Positions 1 through 8,001 of a stretch of DNA of 32,000 bases are shown here, in pieces. The stretch spans positions 4,770,001-4,802,000 of the forward strand of contig NC_009925.1 of NCBI RefSeq assembly GCF_000018105.1, given 5' to 3'. The first letter of the stretch is position 1. Every line of letters starts with the position of its first letter. The notes under the pieces are model-generated. The model was not told where the DNA came from, did no database searches, and was given only the letters and a program-made list of their open reading frames with translations. Source of the DNA: Acaryochloris marina MBIC11017. GTDB taxonomy: Bacteria; Cyanobacteriota; Cyanobacteriia; Thermosynechococcales; Thermosynechococcaceae. The translations under genes were made by a program, and so were the position numbers.

Positions 1-666
1 TTTCCCTTGCTGTTGCAGTTGAGTTTTTGCTGGCACCATAATTTCAGTATTAATGGCTTCTAAGATGGTATTCACCCTAGGTTCCAAATGACTGCGCAAC
101 AGTGAGCGAACTTCTTTACTATCCCGAGACTTCGTCGTCAATTCGCCAATCCCAAAGGCCAGGGAATATTCACCATCCTTATGGCTCATTCCTACCTTGC
201 TATCCAGGGCTGGAATATTTAATTTCAGGCCAGTCACTTCTGAGTTGAGTAAATCAACCGCACCGTGCAGAATTTTCTGGAAGCGTGTAGGTTCAAGGCA
301 AATATCAGCCTGGGCCAAACTTTGGGTGATTTGACGGGCAATCACCAGCAAAATATCACTGATATCCACATCGGCCAGATCTAACTCTTCAGAGGATTCG
401 AAAAAAACCACATGATAGTTTAAGTCTTCCAATTCCTGTTTCAGACGGGATAATTCCGTGGACTTCCCGCAACCAATATGTCCCGTAAATAATTGACAGG
501 TGGCATCATCCCCAGACAAGTTAATGGTGCGCCGGAGTTCTTTCACCACATCGTTCCCCCGCACCGCAGCAAAATCGATATAGCAGGCACGGTCCTTTGC
601 ATCCCCATAATTTAGGGTTTTGCTGGGATTACAAGCCCGAAACAACTGCCCGACATTCAAAACCAT
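1..666 (-). CDS. P-loop NTPase (STAND/AAA-like), N-terminal 222 aa only; the gene runs off the left edge of the window
   Basis: Absent from the ORF track because there is no in-window stop. The reverse complement from ATG (666..664) reads MVLNVGQLFRACNPSKTLNYGDAKDRACYIDFAAVRGNDVVKELRRTINLSGDDATCQLFTGHIGCGKSTELSRLKQELEDLNYHVVFFESSEELDLADVD... and stays open in frame to position 1. Walker A is GHIGCGKST. VVFFESSEE is a Walker-B-like hydrophobic/acidic stretch. Confidence 0.7.
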   Translation of the reverse strand, partial: MVLNVGQLFRACNPSKTLNYGDAKDRACYIDFAAVRGNDVVKELRRTINLSGDDATCQLFTGHIGCGKSTELSRLKQELEDLNYHVVFFESSEELDLADVDISDILLVIARQITQSLAQADICLEPTRFQKILHGAVDLLNSEVTGLKLNIPALDSKVGMSHKDGEYSLAFGIGELTTKSRDSKEVRSLLRSHLEPRVNTILEAINTEIMVPAKTQLQQQGK

Positions 667-901
667 GGTTCTCACTGGCAATACAATTTGCTTTCATCAT
701 GCCAAAAGTAAGTACAGAAGACTGAAAAATTTACAAGGTTATAGATGCCTTGTTCACAAAATCTCCATAAATCAGCAAGAGAGTATTTTTAGTACAGGAC
801 AACACTTTTGTGAGCTAGCTAGGGGTATGTTGTGAAGGAAATCACGAACCCTCACGACTAGATCCAATATTTTTCTAGTCAATAGTTCTAATTATGCTGC
901 A

Positions 902-1354
902 TTAGCCCCCTAAATCCCCCATTCTGGGGGACTTTGAGTGTCTATCAATGCTTTGCTCGCTCGCCTGTCGGATTTGCTGAAGTACATGATCGAGGTGGTG
1001 CATAACGTCTGAGTTATGGAATCGGATCACTCGGTAACCCAGCTGGTTGAGCTGTTCGGTACGGGCTTCATCATATTCCACCTGCTGATTGTGGATGTCG
1101 CCGTCTAGCTCAATCACTAATCGGCATTGGGGACAGTAAAAATCGACAATGAACGAACCAATGGCGTGTTGACACCGGAATTTCAGGCCGCTGAGTTGAC
1201 GTTTTTGCAGTGCTTTCCACAGCTTTTGTTCTGCTGGCGTTAGATTGAGTCTTAGTTGTCGCGCGGCGGCAACGACGGCTGGGGTTGTGCCGCGAATGCG
1301 GTGGTGTTGTGTCTGTTTCTCTCGCATCGTGTTACCCCCAACCCTGTTTCCCAT
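902..1354 (-). CDS. DUF559 (Vsr/restriction-endonuclease-like fold) domain protein
   Basis: LTPAEQKLWKALQKRQLSGLKFRCQHAIGSFIVDFYCPQCRLVIELDGDIHNQQVEYDEARTEQLNQLGYRVIRFHNSDV matches the DUF559 pattern (aE..LW..L, F.RQ, y.vDF.c....l.IE.DG..H, D..R...L...G..vlRf.n..v). The real start may be the internal Met (MREKQ, 1327). The C-terminal SPRMGDLGG is translated from the left inverted repeat. Confidence 0.8.
   Translation of the reverse strand: MGNRVGGNTMREKQTQHHRIRGTTPAVVAAARQLRLNLTPAEQKLWKALQKRQLSGLKFRCQHAIGSFIVDFYCPQCRLVIELDGDIHNQQVEYDEARTEQLNQLGYRVIRFHNSDVMHHLDHVLQQIRQASEQSIDRHSKSPRMGDLGG
905..938. repeat. Left 34-bp terminal inverted repeat
   Basis: Perfect reverse complement of 1372-1405. 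It lies inside the 3' end of the DUF559 ORF. Confidence 0.95.
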
Positions 1355-1371
1355 CTAGGATAATCATAAAT

Positions 1372-1405
1372 CTCAAAGTCCCCCAGAATGGGGGATTTAG
1401 GGGGC
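1372..1405. repeat. Right 34-bp terminal inverted repeat
   Basis: Perfect reverse complement of 905-938. It lies 18 nt upstream of the longest DUF559 start. Confidence 0.95.
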
Positions 1406-1842
1406 GGATGCAGGGTTTAACGGAGCTTCCAAAACAACTTCTCAACACCGCTCATGATGACGGCAGAGGGTGATGGCTTTAAGTTTTGTACTGCACTGAG
1501 GAGAGCATTACACTCAAGCGCCAACCAACATTGGCGTAATATGACACAAAAAAGTGCTTAACCCCAGACAATGCGATCACGCTAGAAAATTTATAAATAA
1601 AGGGATAGCTCAATACATCGGCTGTCAATTCTGATTTTTGGTCACAAACCTGGAATATCAATCACATCTTCTCCAAAGTGATTTCAAAACATATATTGCG
1701 CGTTATTTCTTCCAGAAATACCTGAAAAAATCCGATTGCGGCAACAGCGCTTGTCCTCCACACTGAGAGTAGCTCAATGCAAGCGAATCACAGATTGACT
1801 GAGCTTGCAGAAAAGTACGAGGTCTAGAGGAGTGGAAATGCT

Positions 1843-3171
1843 GTGATACAGCCTGAACAGCTGATCGACGCTGCAACCGAGGCCATTTTTAAGTGCGATA
1901 ACGAATACCTGAGAACCATCGAAGTCGATGTCCTGGACGCCTGCCTCGCAGGTCTCACCTACGAAGAAATGGCCGAAAAGCTCGACTACTCCAATCGCTA
2001 TATTGCCGGTGATATTGCCCCCGCCCTCTGGGCAAAACTAACGCGAGCATTGGACGAAAAAGTGAGTAAGTCCAATTTGAGAGTCGCCCTGGAACGTTTG
2101 TATCAACGCCAGCCATCACCGGAAAAACAAACCGCCTATCGCCCCTATCCAGAAGGACCCGTCCCTTTAAATTCTTCCTTTTATATCAACCGATCTGAAG
2201 TAGAACGTCACTGCTGCCAAATCATCACCCATCCAGGGACATTAATCCGCATTAAGGCGGCCAAAGGCATGGGCAAAACCTCCTTAGTCAATCGGATCTT
2301 GAAAACGGCTGAGGCCCATCCTCTCCAGACCCTATACCTGGATTTTCAGTGGGCGAGTCAAGCCTCCATCAATAACTTAGAACGCTTTCTGCGCTGGTTC
2401 TGTTTCCAGATGGGGCGTCAACTCGGGTTAGACAATCAGCTGGATGACTATTGGGATACGGAGCTACTCACCAGTATTGATAACTGCAGCCAGTATTTTG
2501 AAGACTATCTGCTTCCGAATATAGAAGCGCCTCTCGTCTTGGCCCTTGATAGCGTAGAGCAGATTTTCCCTTACCCCGAAGTGGCGGGGGATGTTCTGAG
2601 GATGCTGAGAAGCTGGCATGAGAAGTCCAAGAGTTCGGCAATCTGGGAAAAAGTGCGACTGGTGATCACCCATGCTACGGAAGACTATGTGTCTCTCGAT
2701 ATCAACCATTCTCCCCTGACGAATGTAGGGGAGCCCATTACCCTAAACCCCTTTGAGATCGAACAAGTTCAATCCTTAGCGGCGCGCTATGACCTGCAGT
2801 GGCAGCCATCAGAAGTAGAAAGTTTACAGGGCAGAGTCGGTGGGCATCCCTATCTGATTCATTTAGCTCTCTATAAAGGGGCCGTTGAGCGCAAGACTTT
2901 TCAGGAGATTCTGGGGACCTCAGACCAAGAAACGGACATTTACTTTAATCACCTGCTCCGGTTAAGGGAAGAATTACTCCAATCCCAGGATTTAACGGCT
3001 GCGTATCGTGCGATCGCAAATTCACCCACAGGCATAGAACTCAATTCCCTCCAGATTTATCATCTGCAAAGTCTAGGCTTAGTCAAGCTCAAGGGTAATC
3101 TGGTGTTGCCCTCCTGTAGTCTCTATCAGCAGTACTTCCAGCGAGAGTTAAGCCGAGATGCGATCCCATAA
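1843..3171 (+). CDS. AAA-like domain (AAA_35 family) NTPase with an N-terminal LuxR/sigma-r4-like HTH
   Basis: GTG start with GGAG about 10 nt upstream. The N-terminus VLDACLAGLTYEEMAEKLDYSNRYIAGDIAPALWAKL looks like a GerE/LuxR-type HTH. YPEGPVPLNSSFYINRSEVE followed by the P-loop KAAKGMGKTS (2266-2283) is the usual AAA_35 lead-in. The C-terminus GHPYLIHLAL...LQSLGLVKLKGNLVLPSCSLYQQYF looks like a winged helix. Confidence 0.75.
   Translation: MIQPEQLIDAATEAIFKCDNEYLRTIEVDVLDACLAGLTYEEMAEKLDYSNRYIAGDIAPALWAKLTRALDEKVSKSNLRVALERLYQRQPSPEKQTAYRPYPEGPVPLNSSFYINRSEVERHCCQIITHPGTLIRIKAAKGMGKTSLVNRILKTAEAHPLQTLYLDFQWASQASINNLERFLRWFCFQMGRQLGLDNQLDDYWDTELLTSIDNCSQYFEDYLLPNIEAPLVLALDSVEQIFPYPEVAGDVLRMLRSWHEKSKSSAIWEKVRLVITHATEDYVSLDINHSPLTNVGEPITLNPFEIEQVQSLAARYDLQWQPSEVESLQGRVGGHPYLIHLALYKGAVERKTFQEILGTSDQETDIYFNHLLRLREELLQSQDLTAAYRAIANSPTGIELNSLQIYHLQSLGLVKLKGNLVLPSCSLYQQYFQRELSRDAIP
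3010..3017. repeat. HIP1 (GCGATCGC) highly iterated palindrome, representative copy
   Basis: Exact GCGATCGC at 3010-3017, 4053-4060, 5544-5551, 9729-9736, 17137-17144, 18956-18963 and 21237-21244. This was a manual scan and may be incomplete. HIP1 over-representation is a known trait of many cyanobacterial genomes. Confidence 0.8.
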
Positions 3172-5755
3172 GGTAGGGTTGGGGGAAGCGCAACCGGACT
3201 ATCGGTATCAAGTCGGGGGCAGCCTACCCGCTTCAGCTCCCAGCTATGTCACCCGAACCAGCGATTTGACCTTCTATAACCATCTGCAAAGCGGCGAGTT
3301 CTGCTACGTACTGAATTCTCGCCAGATGGGTAAATCCAGTTTGCGGGTGCAGACCATGCATCAGCTGCGGCAGGAGGGGGTTGTTTGTGCCGCTATTGAT
3401 CTGACTGGGTTTGGCACCCAGGGCATTACCCCAGAAAAATGGTACGGCGGCATGATCAAAGCCCTAGTTAGTGACTGCCAGCTCGATCTCAACTGGCGAG
3501 CCTGGTGGAAGCAGCAGGACCCGGCGACTCCGGTACAGCGGTTGCATACCTTTATCGAACAGGTTTTACTGCCGACGATTTCGCAAAATATCGTTGTTTT
3601 TATCGATGAAATCGATCTGATCCTGAGTCAAAACGTGTCCGCTGATGACTTTCTGGCTCTGATTCGGTTCTTCTACAATCAGCGGGTAGATCAGCCCGCC
3701 TATCGCCGCCTTACCTTTGCCCTATTGGGCGTAGCCACCCCCTCTGCCCTGATGCAGGACCATGAGCGCACCCCCTTTAATATTGGCAAAGCCATCTATC
3801 TAGAAGGGTTTCAGCTCCAGGAAGCCCTGCCATTGGCCCAGGGCTTTCGCGGTAAGGTGCAACACCCAGAACAGGTGCTCCATGACATTTTGGAGTGGAC
3901 GGGGGGACAGCCGTTTCTGACCCAAAAGCTCTGTCAACTGATGGAAGTATCCCTGCGGGGCGATCCAGAGACCACCGTAGAGCAAGTGGTTCACACCCAG
4001 ATTCTGGAGAATTGGGAGTCCCATGATGAGCCAGTACACCTAAGAACAATTTGCGATCGCATCCTCTTAAACGACCACAAATCGGTCCAACTCCTAGGGC
4101 TTTACCAGAAAGTTTGCAATAGCACCGTCACCACGAAAAGCAGCCCTGAACAAATTGAGCTGCGCCTGTCGGGGCTGGTGAAAGATCAAGAGGGCACCCT
4201 CCAAGTCTATAACCGCATCTATGGTCAAATATTTAACCAACAGTGGATCGAGACTACCCTCCAAGAACTCCGCCCCTACGCCGCTGCGTTTAATGAATGG
4301 GAACAGTCCAACGCCCAGGCGGACAAGCTCCTAAAAGGAAAAGCGCTAAAACAAGCCCTCAACTGGGCCGTGGGCAAAAGCCTCAGCGATCAGGACTATG
4401 ACTTTATTCGCCTCAGCCAGGTCAAAGCTGAGCGAGAAAAACTCCAGCGCAATATTTTTCTGCGAAACTTACTGACGGCTATCGGTTTGGGAGGGTTATT
4501 GATCGGTGGTCTGCTCTGGGGCAGTGATCGCTGGCTGGCGGATCAAAACCAGCAGACCCTAACTACGATGACAACCCTTCATAAACAAGTGGCTCGGGCA
4601 AAGCGCAATCAAAATCAAACGGAGGCTCTGGCTCTAGCTATTCAAGCGGGACAGAAACTCCGCGACCTGGTGCAGGGGGAGCCAATTGTAAGCTATCCCA
4701 CGACCACTCCCTTACTGGATCTGCAGCAGCTCCTAAAGGACCAAGAACGGCTAGACTCTAAGCAGAACAAAGAGGATCGCTGGAATCTACAGACCCTGAA
4801 AGAAGAGGCGATCTGGGATTTAGATATCAGCCCGGATGGCAAAACCATTGCTGTCTCCGGTTGGGGCAATTCGGTCCGACTGTTACAGAACAATCGTCAA
4901 CAGCGCCTTATTCACCCCGATGCAGAGATGGTGATCAGCACGGACTTTAATCCCCAAACGGATCAAGTGGTCACTGCCTCCCTCAACGGCACTGTTCGCC
5001 TCTGGTCCGCCACTGGGCAGGCCCTCCAGCATTGGAATACTGGACAAGATGCCGTTTGGAGTACCCGCTTTAGCCCAAATGGGCAGTATCTGGCCACAGC
5101 AGGTTGGGATGGCACCGTTCGTATTTGGGATTTAGAGGGAACGCAGCGCTTTCAGACCTCGCAAAAGCACCAAGGCCCCGTCAAAGATATTCGCTTTAGC
5201 CCCGATGGTAAATGGCTGGCCTCTGCTGGAGAAGATGGGGCGATCCAACTCTGGAAACTGTGCGTAGGAGCTACCTGTCCCAACTCGGATGAGGTTCAAT
5301 CCCTAGACCTTCAAAAAGCATGGAATGGACATAGCGGCTGGATTTGGAGTCTAGATATCAGCCCTGATAGCCAGGTTCTGGTTTCTGCGGGCGAAGATGG
5401 CATTATTCGATTTTGGGATCTCGATAACCCCAATGCCCCTCCCCAACGATGGCGATACGGACAAGGTCGTATCACTCAAATTCGCTTTAGCCCTGATGGC
5501 CAGTGGCTAGCGATTAGCGGTTGGGATGGCACGGTACAGATTCGCGATCGCAACGGCAGAATTTTTTCCCAATGGCAAAGCCGCCGCCCGGTCACCAGTC
5601 TTAGCTTTACTCCCGATCAACAAATGCTCTTGGTAGGAACTGTGATGGGAGATGTCCATCAATGGCCCATTAAATCCCTCGAACAACTCCTCAAGGAAGG
5701 ATGTCAAACCCTCAAAGCCCTTAGCGACACTCAGGCGAATAAAGTGTGTTCCTAG
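3158..5755 (+). CDS. AAA_35-family NTPase - single TM helix - WD40 beta-propeller protein
   Basis: YRYQVGGSLPASAPSYVTRTSDL plus the P-loop SRQMGKSS (about 3326-3340) and Walker B IVVFIDEIDL. Hydrophobic segment NIFLRNLLTAIGLGGLLIGGLLWGS (aa 433-456, nt 4454-4525). From about aa 545 there are diverged WD40 units (ISPDGKTIAVSG, FSPNGQYLATAGWDGTVRIWD, FSPDGKWLASAGEDGAIQLW, ISPDSQVLVSAGEDGIIRFWD, FSPDGQWLAISGWDGTVQIRD). The ATG at 3158 overlaps the upstream stop by 14 nt. Confidence 0.8.
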   Translation: MRSHKVGLGEAQPDYRYQVGGSLPASAPSYVTRTSDLTFYNHLQSGEFCYVLNSRQMGKSSLRVQTMHQLRQEGVVCAAIDLTGFGTQGITPEKWYGGMIKALVSDCQLDLNWRAWWKQQDPATPVQRLHTFIEQVLLPTISQNIVVFIDEIDLILSQNVSADDFLALIRFFYNQRVDQPAYRRLTFALLGVATPSALMQDHERTPFNIGKAIYLEGFQLQEALPLAQGFRGKVQHPEQVLHDILEWTGGQPFLTQKLCQLMEVSLRGDPETTVEQVVHTQILENWESHDEPVHLRTICDRILLNDHKSVQLLGLYQKVCNSTVTTKSSPEQIELRLSGLVKDQEGTLQVYNRIYGQIFNQQWIETTLQELRPYAAAFNEWEQSNAQADKLLKGKALKQALNWAVGKSLSDQDYDFIRLSQVKAEREKLQRNIFLRNLLTAIGLGGLLIGGLLWGSDRWLADQNQQTLTTMTTLHKQVARAKRNQNQTEALALAIQAGQKLRDLVQGEPIVSYPTTTPLLDLQQLLKDQERLDSKQNKEDRWNLQTLKEEAIWDLDISPDGKTIAVSGWGNSVRLLQNNRQQRLIHPDAEMVISTDFNPQTDQVVTASLNGTVRLWSATGQALQHWNTGQDAVWSTRFSPNGQYLATAGWDGTVRIWDLEGTQRFQTSQKHQGPVKDIRFSPDGKWLASAGEDGAIQLWKLCVGATCPNSDEVQSLDLQKAWNGHSGWIWSLDISPDSQVLVSAGEDGIIRFWDLDNPNAPPQRWRYGQGRITQIRFSPDGQWLAISGWDGTVQIRDRNGRIFSQWQSRRPVTSLSFTPDQQMLLVGTVMGDVHQWPIKSLEQLLKEGCQTLKALSDTQANKVCS

Positions 5756-5860
5756 AAATTTCTTCAGGCAACTCTTCCCAAAATTAAAGACATTATGGCT
5801 TGATTTATTCACCGATATCGCAACGCCCAAAAAACTGCATAGCGACAAATTTAATCTAGG

Positions 5861-5873
5861 GGTACAATGTACC
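5861..5873. promoter_or_regulatory. Palindrome ggtaca-a-tgtacc, candidate operator overlapping a -10-like TACAAT upstream of the antitoxin gene
   Basis: 13-nt perfect palindrome 27 nt upstream of ATG 5900. TACAAT sits at 5863-5868. A weak -35-like GCGACA sits at 5842-5847. Confidence 0.35.
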
Positions 5874-5899
5874 TACGAACTTGTGCGAGAACTATAGCT

Positions 5900-6181
5900 A
5901 TGTCCTCTCCGACACAAAGTACTAAGAAGAAGATTAACCTCAAGGTTGACCCCCATCGTGGAGATGTCATCGACAGAGCTGCGGCTGTGGCAGGCAAAAC
6001 AAGAACTGAATTTATGGTGGATGCCTCTTACCGAGAAGCCCAAGAACTATTGCTAAGCCAAACGACTTTCTATCTATCGAATGGTGGGTGGGATGCCTTT
6101 ATGGAAATTTTGGACAATCCCCCCGAACCCTCGGCAGCTCGGAAAGCCCTACAAGATCATCAAGCGCCGTGGGACAGCTAA
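5900..6181 (+). CDS. DUF1778 (RHH, TacA-like) antitoxin
   Basis: MSSPTQSTKKKINLKVDPHRGDVIDRAAAVAGKTRTEFMVDASYREAQELLLSQTTFYLSNGGWDAFMEILDNPPEP is the typical DUF1778 layout (l.lR......lI..AA...g.s...Fi......A...l). I chose the internal ATG at 5900 rather than the track start at 5867. Confidence 0.8.
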   Translation: MSSPTQSTKKKINLKVDPHRGDVIDRAAAVAGKTRTEFMVDASYREAQELLLSQTTFYLSNGGWDAFMEILDNPPEPSAARKALQDHQAPWDS

Positions 6182-6672
6182 CCTTTACCCCTCCCACTGT
6201 TCTCAGCCAACATCATGATCTGTCAACCTTTAAAAGCAGTAGTGCCATACTCAATACCTGGCTACAAAAGAAAGCCAAACATAATCATGGCTATGGGTAT
6301 TCCAGAGTCTTTGTCGTCACACCAAAAGGGTCAGATCAAGTGGCTGCCTATTACTGTTTGTCTGCGGGTAGTGTGCAACGGCAGTGGCTTCCCAATCGGG
6401 TTACCAGGAATGCCCCTGATCCAGTTCCAGCCGTTGTTCTAGGCCGATTAGCCGTCGATCAGAGGTATGAAGGCTTAGGTTTAGGACGAGGTTTAGTCAA
6501 TCATGCTGTTGCTCAAACCCTCATTGCTGCTAATGCAATCGGAGTTAGAGTCTTAATTGTTAAAGCGAAGGATGAAAAAGCGTTTGCCTTTTACCGAGAC
6601 AAATGTGGTTTTTTAGAGCTGCCTGATATCCCTCTGACCTTGATTGATCCACTACCTAAACGCAAAGTATAA
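6169..6672 (+). CDS. GNAT-family acetyltransferase toxin (TacT-like)
   Basis: HDLSTFKSSSAILNTWLQKKA...VLGRLAVDQRYEGLGLGRGLVNHAVAQTL...VLIVKAKDEKAFAFYRDKCGFLEL carries the GNAT acetyl-CoA motif and the TacT-type N-terminus. The track ORF (6088) extends into the antitoxin gene. GTG 6169 gives 167 aa and a 13-nt overlap, but the start is not certain. Confidence 0.75.
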   Translation: MGQLTFTPPTVLSQHHDLSTFKSSSAILNTWLQKKAKHNHGYGYSRVFVVTPKGSDQVAAYYCLSAGSVQRQWLPNRVTRNAPDPVPAVVLGRLAVDQRYEGLGLGRGLVNHAVAQTLIAANAIGVRVLIVKAKDEKAFAFYRDKCGFLELPDIPLTLIDPLPKRKV

Positions 6673-6750
6673 AAAGCAATTTACATTTATGCCAGAATTG
6701 CCCAAACGCCTATCCGGTCCGCAGCATAAATGCACGTTTCACTCAAGTGA

Positions 6751-7755
6751 TCATCTATATTCCCCTACCTGCTGCTGAATGAGATCGATATTGGTGCGAT
6801 CGATAAAACTCGGTCCAGTGGAAATAATCTCGCTAGGAGGGCTAAACCCGTGGCGCTGAATCCAGGTAAGCCATTGCACCGTTAAATACCCTTCCAAATA
6901 GGGCTGTTGATCAATGGCAAATAGCGTCGTTCCCTGCTCAATGGCGGTCAGGATAGTCCGACTGAGATCAAAGGTGCCGTGTCGATAAGTGTCTTTTCGA
7001 TTAGAGATGACCTCATAAAAAGGGACCGCTGCTTCCGGGCCAAGGGTCAAAAAGACATTGACCTCAGGCTTTTGGGCAAGATAGCGCTGCAAAATTTTCT
7101 TGGATTCCGCTGGATTAGGCGTAATATTGACCTGCTCAGCTGCCAAACCAGCTTCCTTCAAAGCGTCGAAAAAACCTTGGCAACGCGCCTCCAAATTCAA
7201 AGCACTGGGCTGGTGATTAATACAGGCTCCTTTTACTGCAGGGGGAGACTCGCCCAGCAAGCGCTTCCCAGCTTCATATCCTCCTTGTCGCTCATCCGGT
7301 CCGATATAGGCTCGGTAGGGAATATTGTCTTGGTCTGGCCCTGACCCTGCATTGTAGGCAATCACTGGAATATTGAACTTCCGCACCGCCCGGGTTAGGG
7401 GCGCTCGGAATCGCTCTGGATCAATGACGGCCACCCCAATGGCATCGGGTCGAGTCGGTCCATCGATGGCTGACTCAATCAATTGGGTCACGGCATCAGG
7501 GTCGAAGGTGTGGGGACGACGAATGGTGACTTCAACCCCCAAATCCTGGGCAGCATCATGGATGCCCGTTTCCACCACACACCAAAAATAAGCCCAAGGA
7601 CAGGAGGCATGCTGAATTAACGTCAAATTCAGCATCTCAGTTGCAGGCTGCACCAGGGTGGGACTGTCTACGGGTGCTGTTGTCGTAGATCGCAGGGATG
7701 GCCGACAAGCAACCATCATCGCCACGAGTAGACCAATCACAATTATTCGGCGCAC
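6751..7755 (-). CDS. Periplasmic sugar-type (PBP1) ABC substrate-binding lipoprotein, orphan
   Basis: Signal peptide with a lipobox-like MRRIIVIGLLVAMMVAC. The body resembles RbsB/LsrB-like binding proteins (IAYNAG...YIGPDERQGGYEAGKRL...FAIDQQPYLEGY). No permease or ATPase gene is adjacent. Confidence 0.6.
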   Translation of the reverse strand: MRRIIVIGLLVAMMVACRPSLRSTTTAPVDSPTLVQPATEMLNLTLIQHASCPWAYFWCVVETGIHDAAQDLGVEVTIRRPHTFDPDAVTQLIESAIDGPTRPDAIGVAVIDPERFRAPLTRAVRKFNIPVIAYNAGSGPDQDNIPYRAYIGPDERQGGYEAGKRLLGESPPAVKGACINHQPSALNLEARCQGFFDALKEAGLAAEQVNITPNPAESKKILQRYLAQKPEVNVFLTLGPEAAVPFYEVISNRKDTYRHGTFDLSRTILTAIEQGTTLFAIDQQPYLEGYLTVQWLTWIQRHGFSPPSEIISTGPSFIDRTNIDLIQQQVGEYR

Positions 7756-8001
7756 AGGACCCTCAGCAGAACTTCAGCACAGAGGAAATTATATCCTGCT
7801 CAAAATCGCAACCTGAAAAAACCTGAAAAAGCAGATTTCAATTCCTGAAACAGCAGAAAAAACCTCATTGTTGATCACAAATATCTTAAAGACAATGAGA
7901 AAAACAACTGCATGAGAGAGATCGAAAAACAGCTTTTCCAACTATGAAAAAACAGACAGTCAGGATTATTAATCAAAATCTTAGGTGAGAGGAGTCGAGC
8001 A

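Larger units (their letters stand above)
905..1405. mobile_element. Candidate IR-bounded cassette (MITE-like element carrying the DUF559 gene)
   Basis: 905-938 (gccccctaaatcccccattctgggggactttgag) is the exact reverse complement of 1372-1405, checked base by base: 34/34. Each arm also holds an internal hairpin, tccccc-N5-ggggga. No target-site duplication is visible next to the arms (left flank atta, right flank ggat). Confidence 0.4.

Noticed and set aside
620-835. 71-aa plus-strand ORF
   Set aside because: It overlaps the start of the minus-strand P-loop NTPase gene, its composition is not protein-like and it has no motif.
1285-1661. Short ORFs 1285-1473 (+) and 1479-1661 (-)
   Set aside because: The first is antisense to the DUF559 start and reads through the right inverted repeat. 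The second is AT-rich intergenic sequence with no RBS or motif.
6088-6168. 5' extension of the GNAT toxin ORF running through the antitoxin gene
   Set aside because: It is the out-of-frame read of the antitoxin 3' end. TacT-like proteins are about 160-175 aa, and GTG 6169 fits that size.
6684-6732. Inverted repeat catttatgc-N31-gcataaatg between the TA pair and the binding-protein gene
   Set aside because: The 31-nt loop and AT-rich 9-bp stem make a poor terminator. It is noted but not called.
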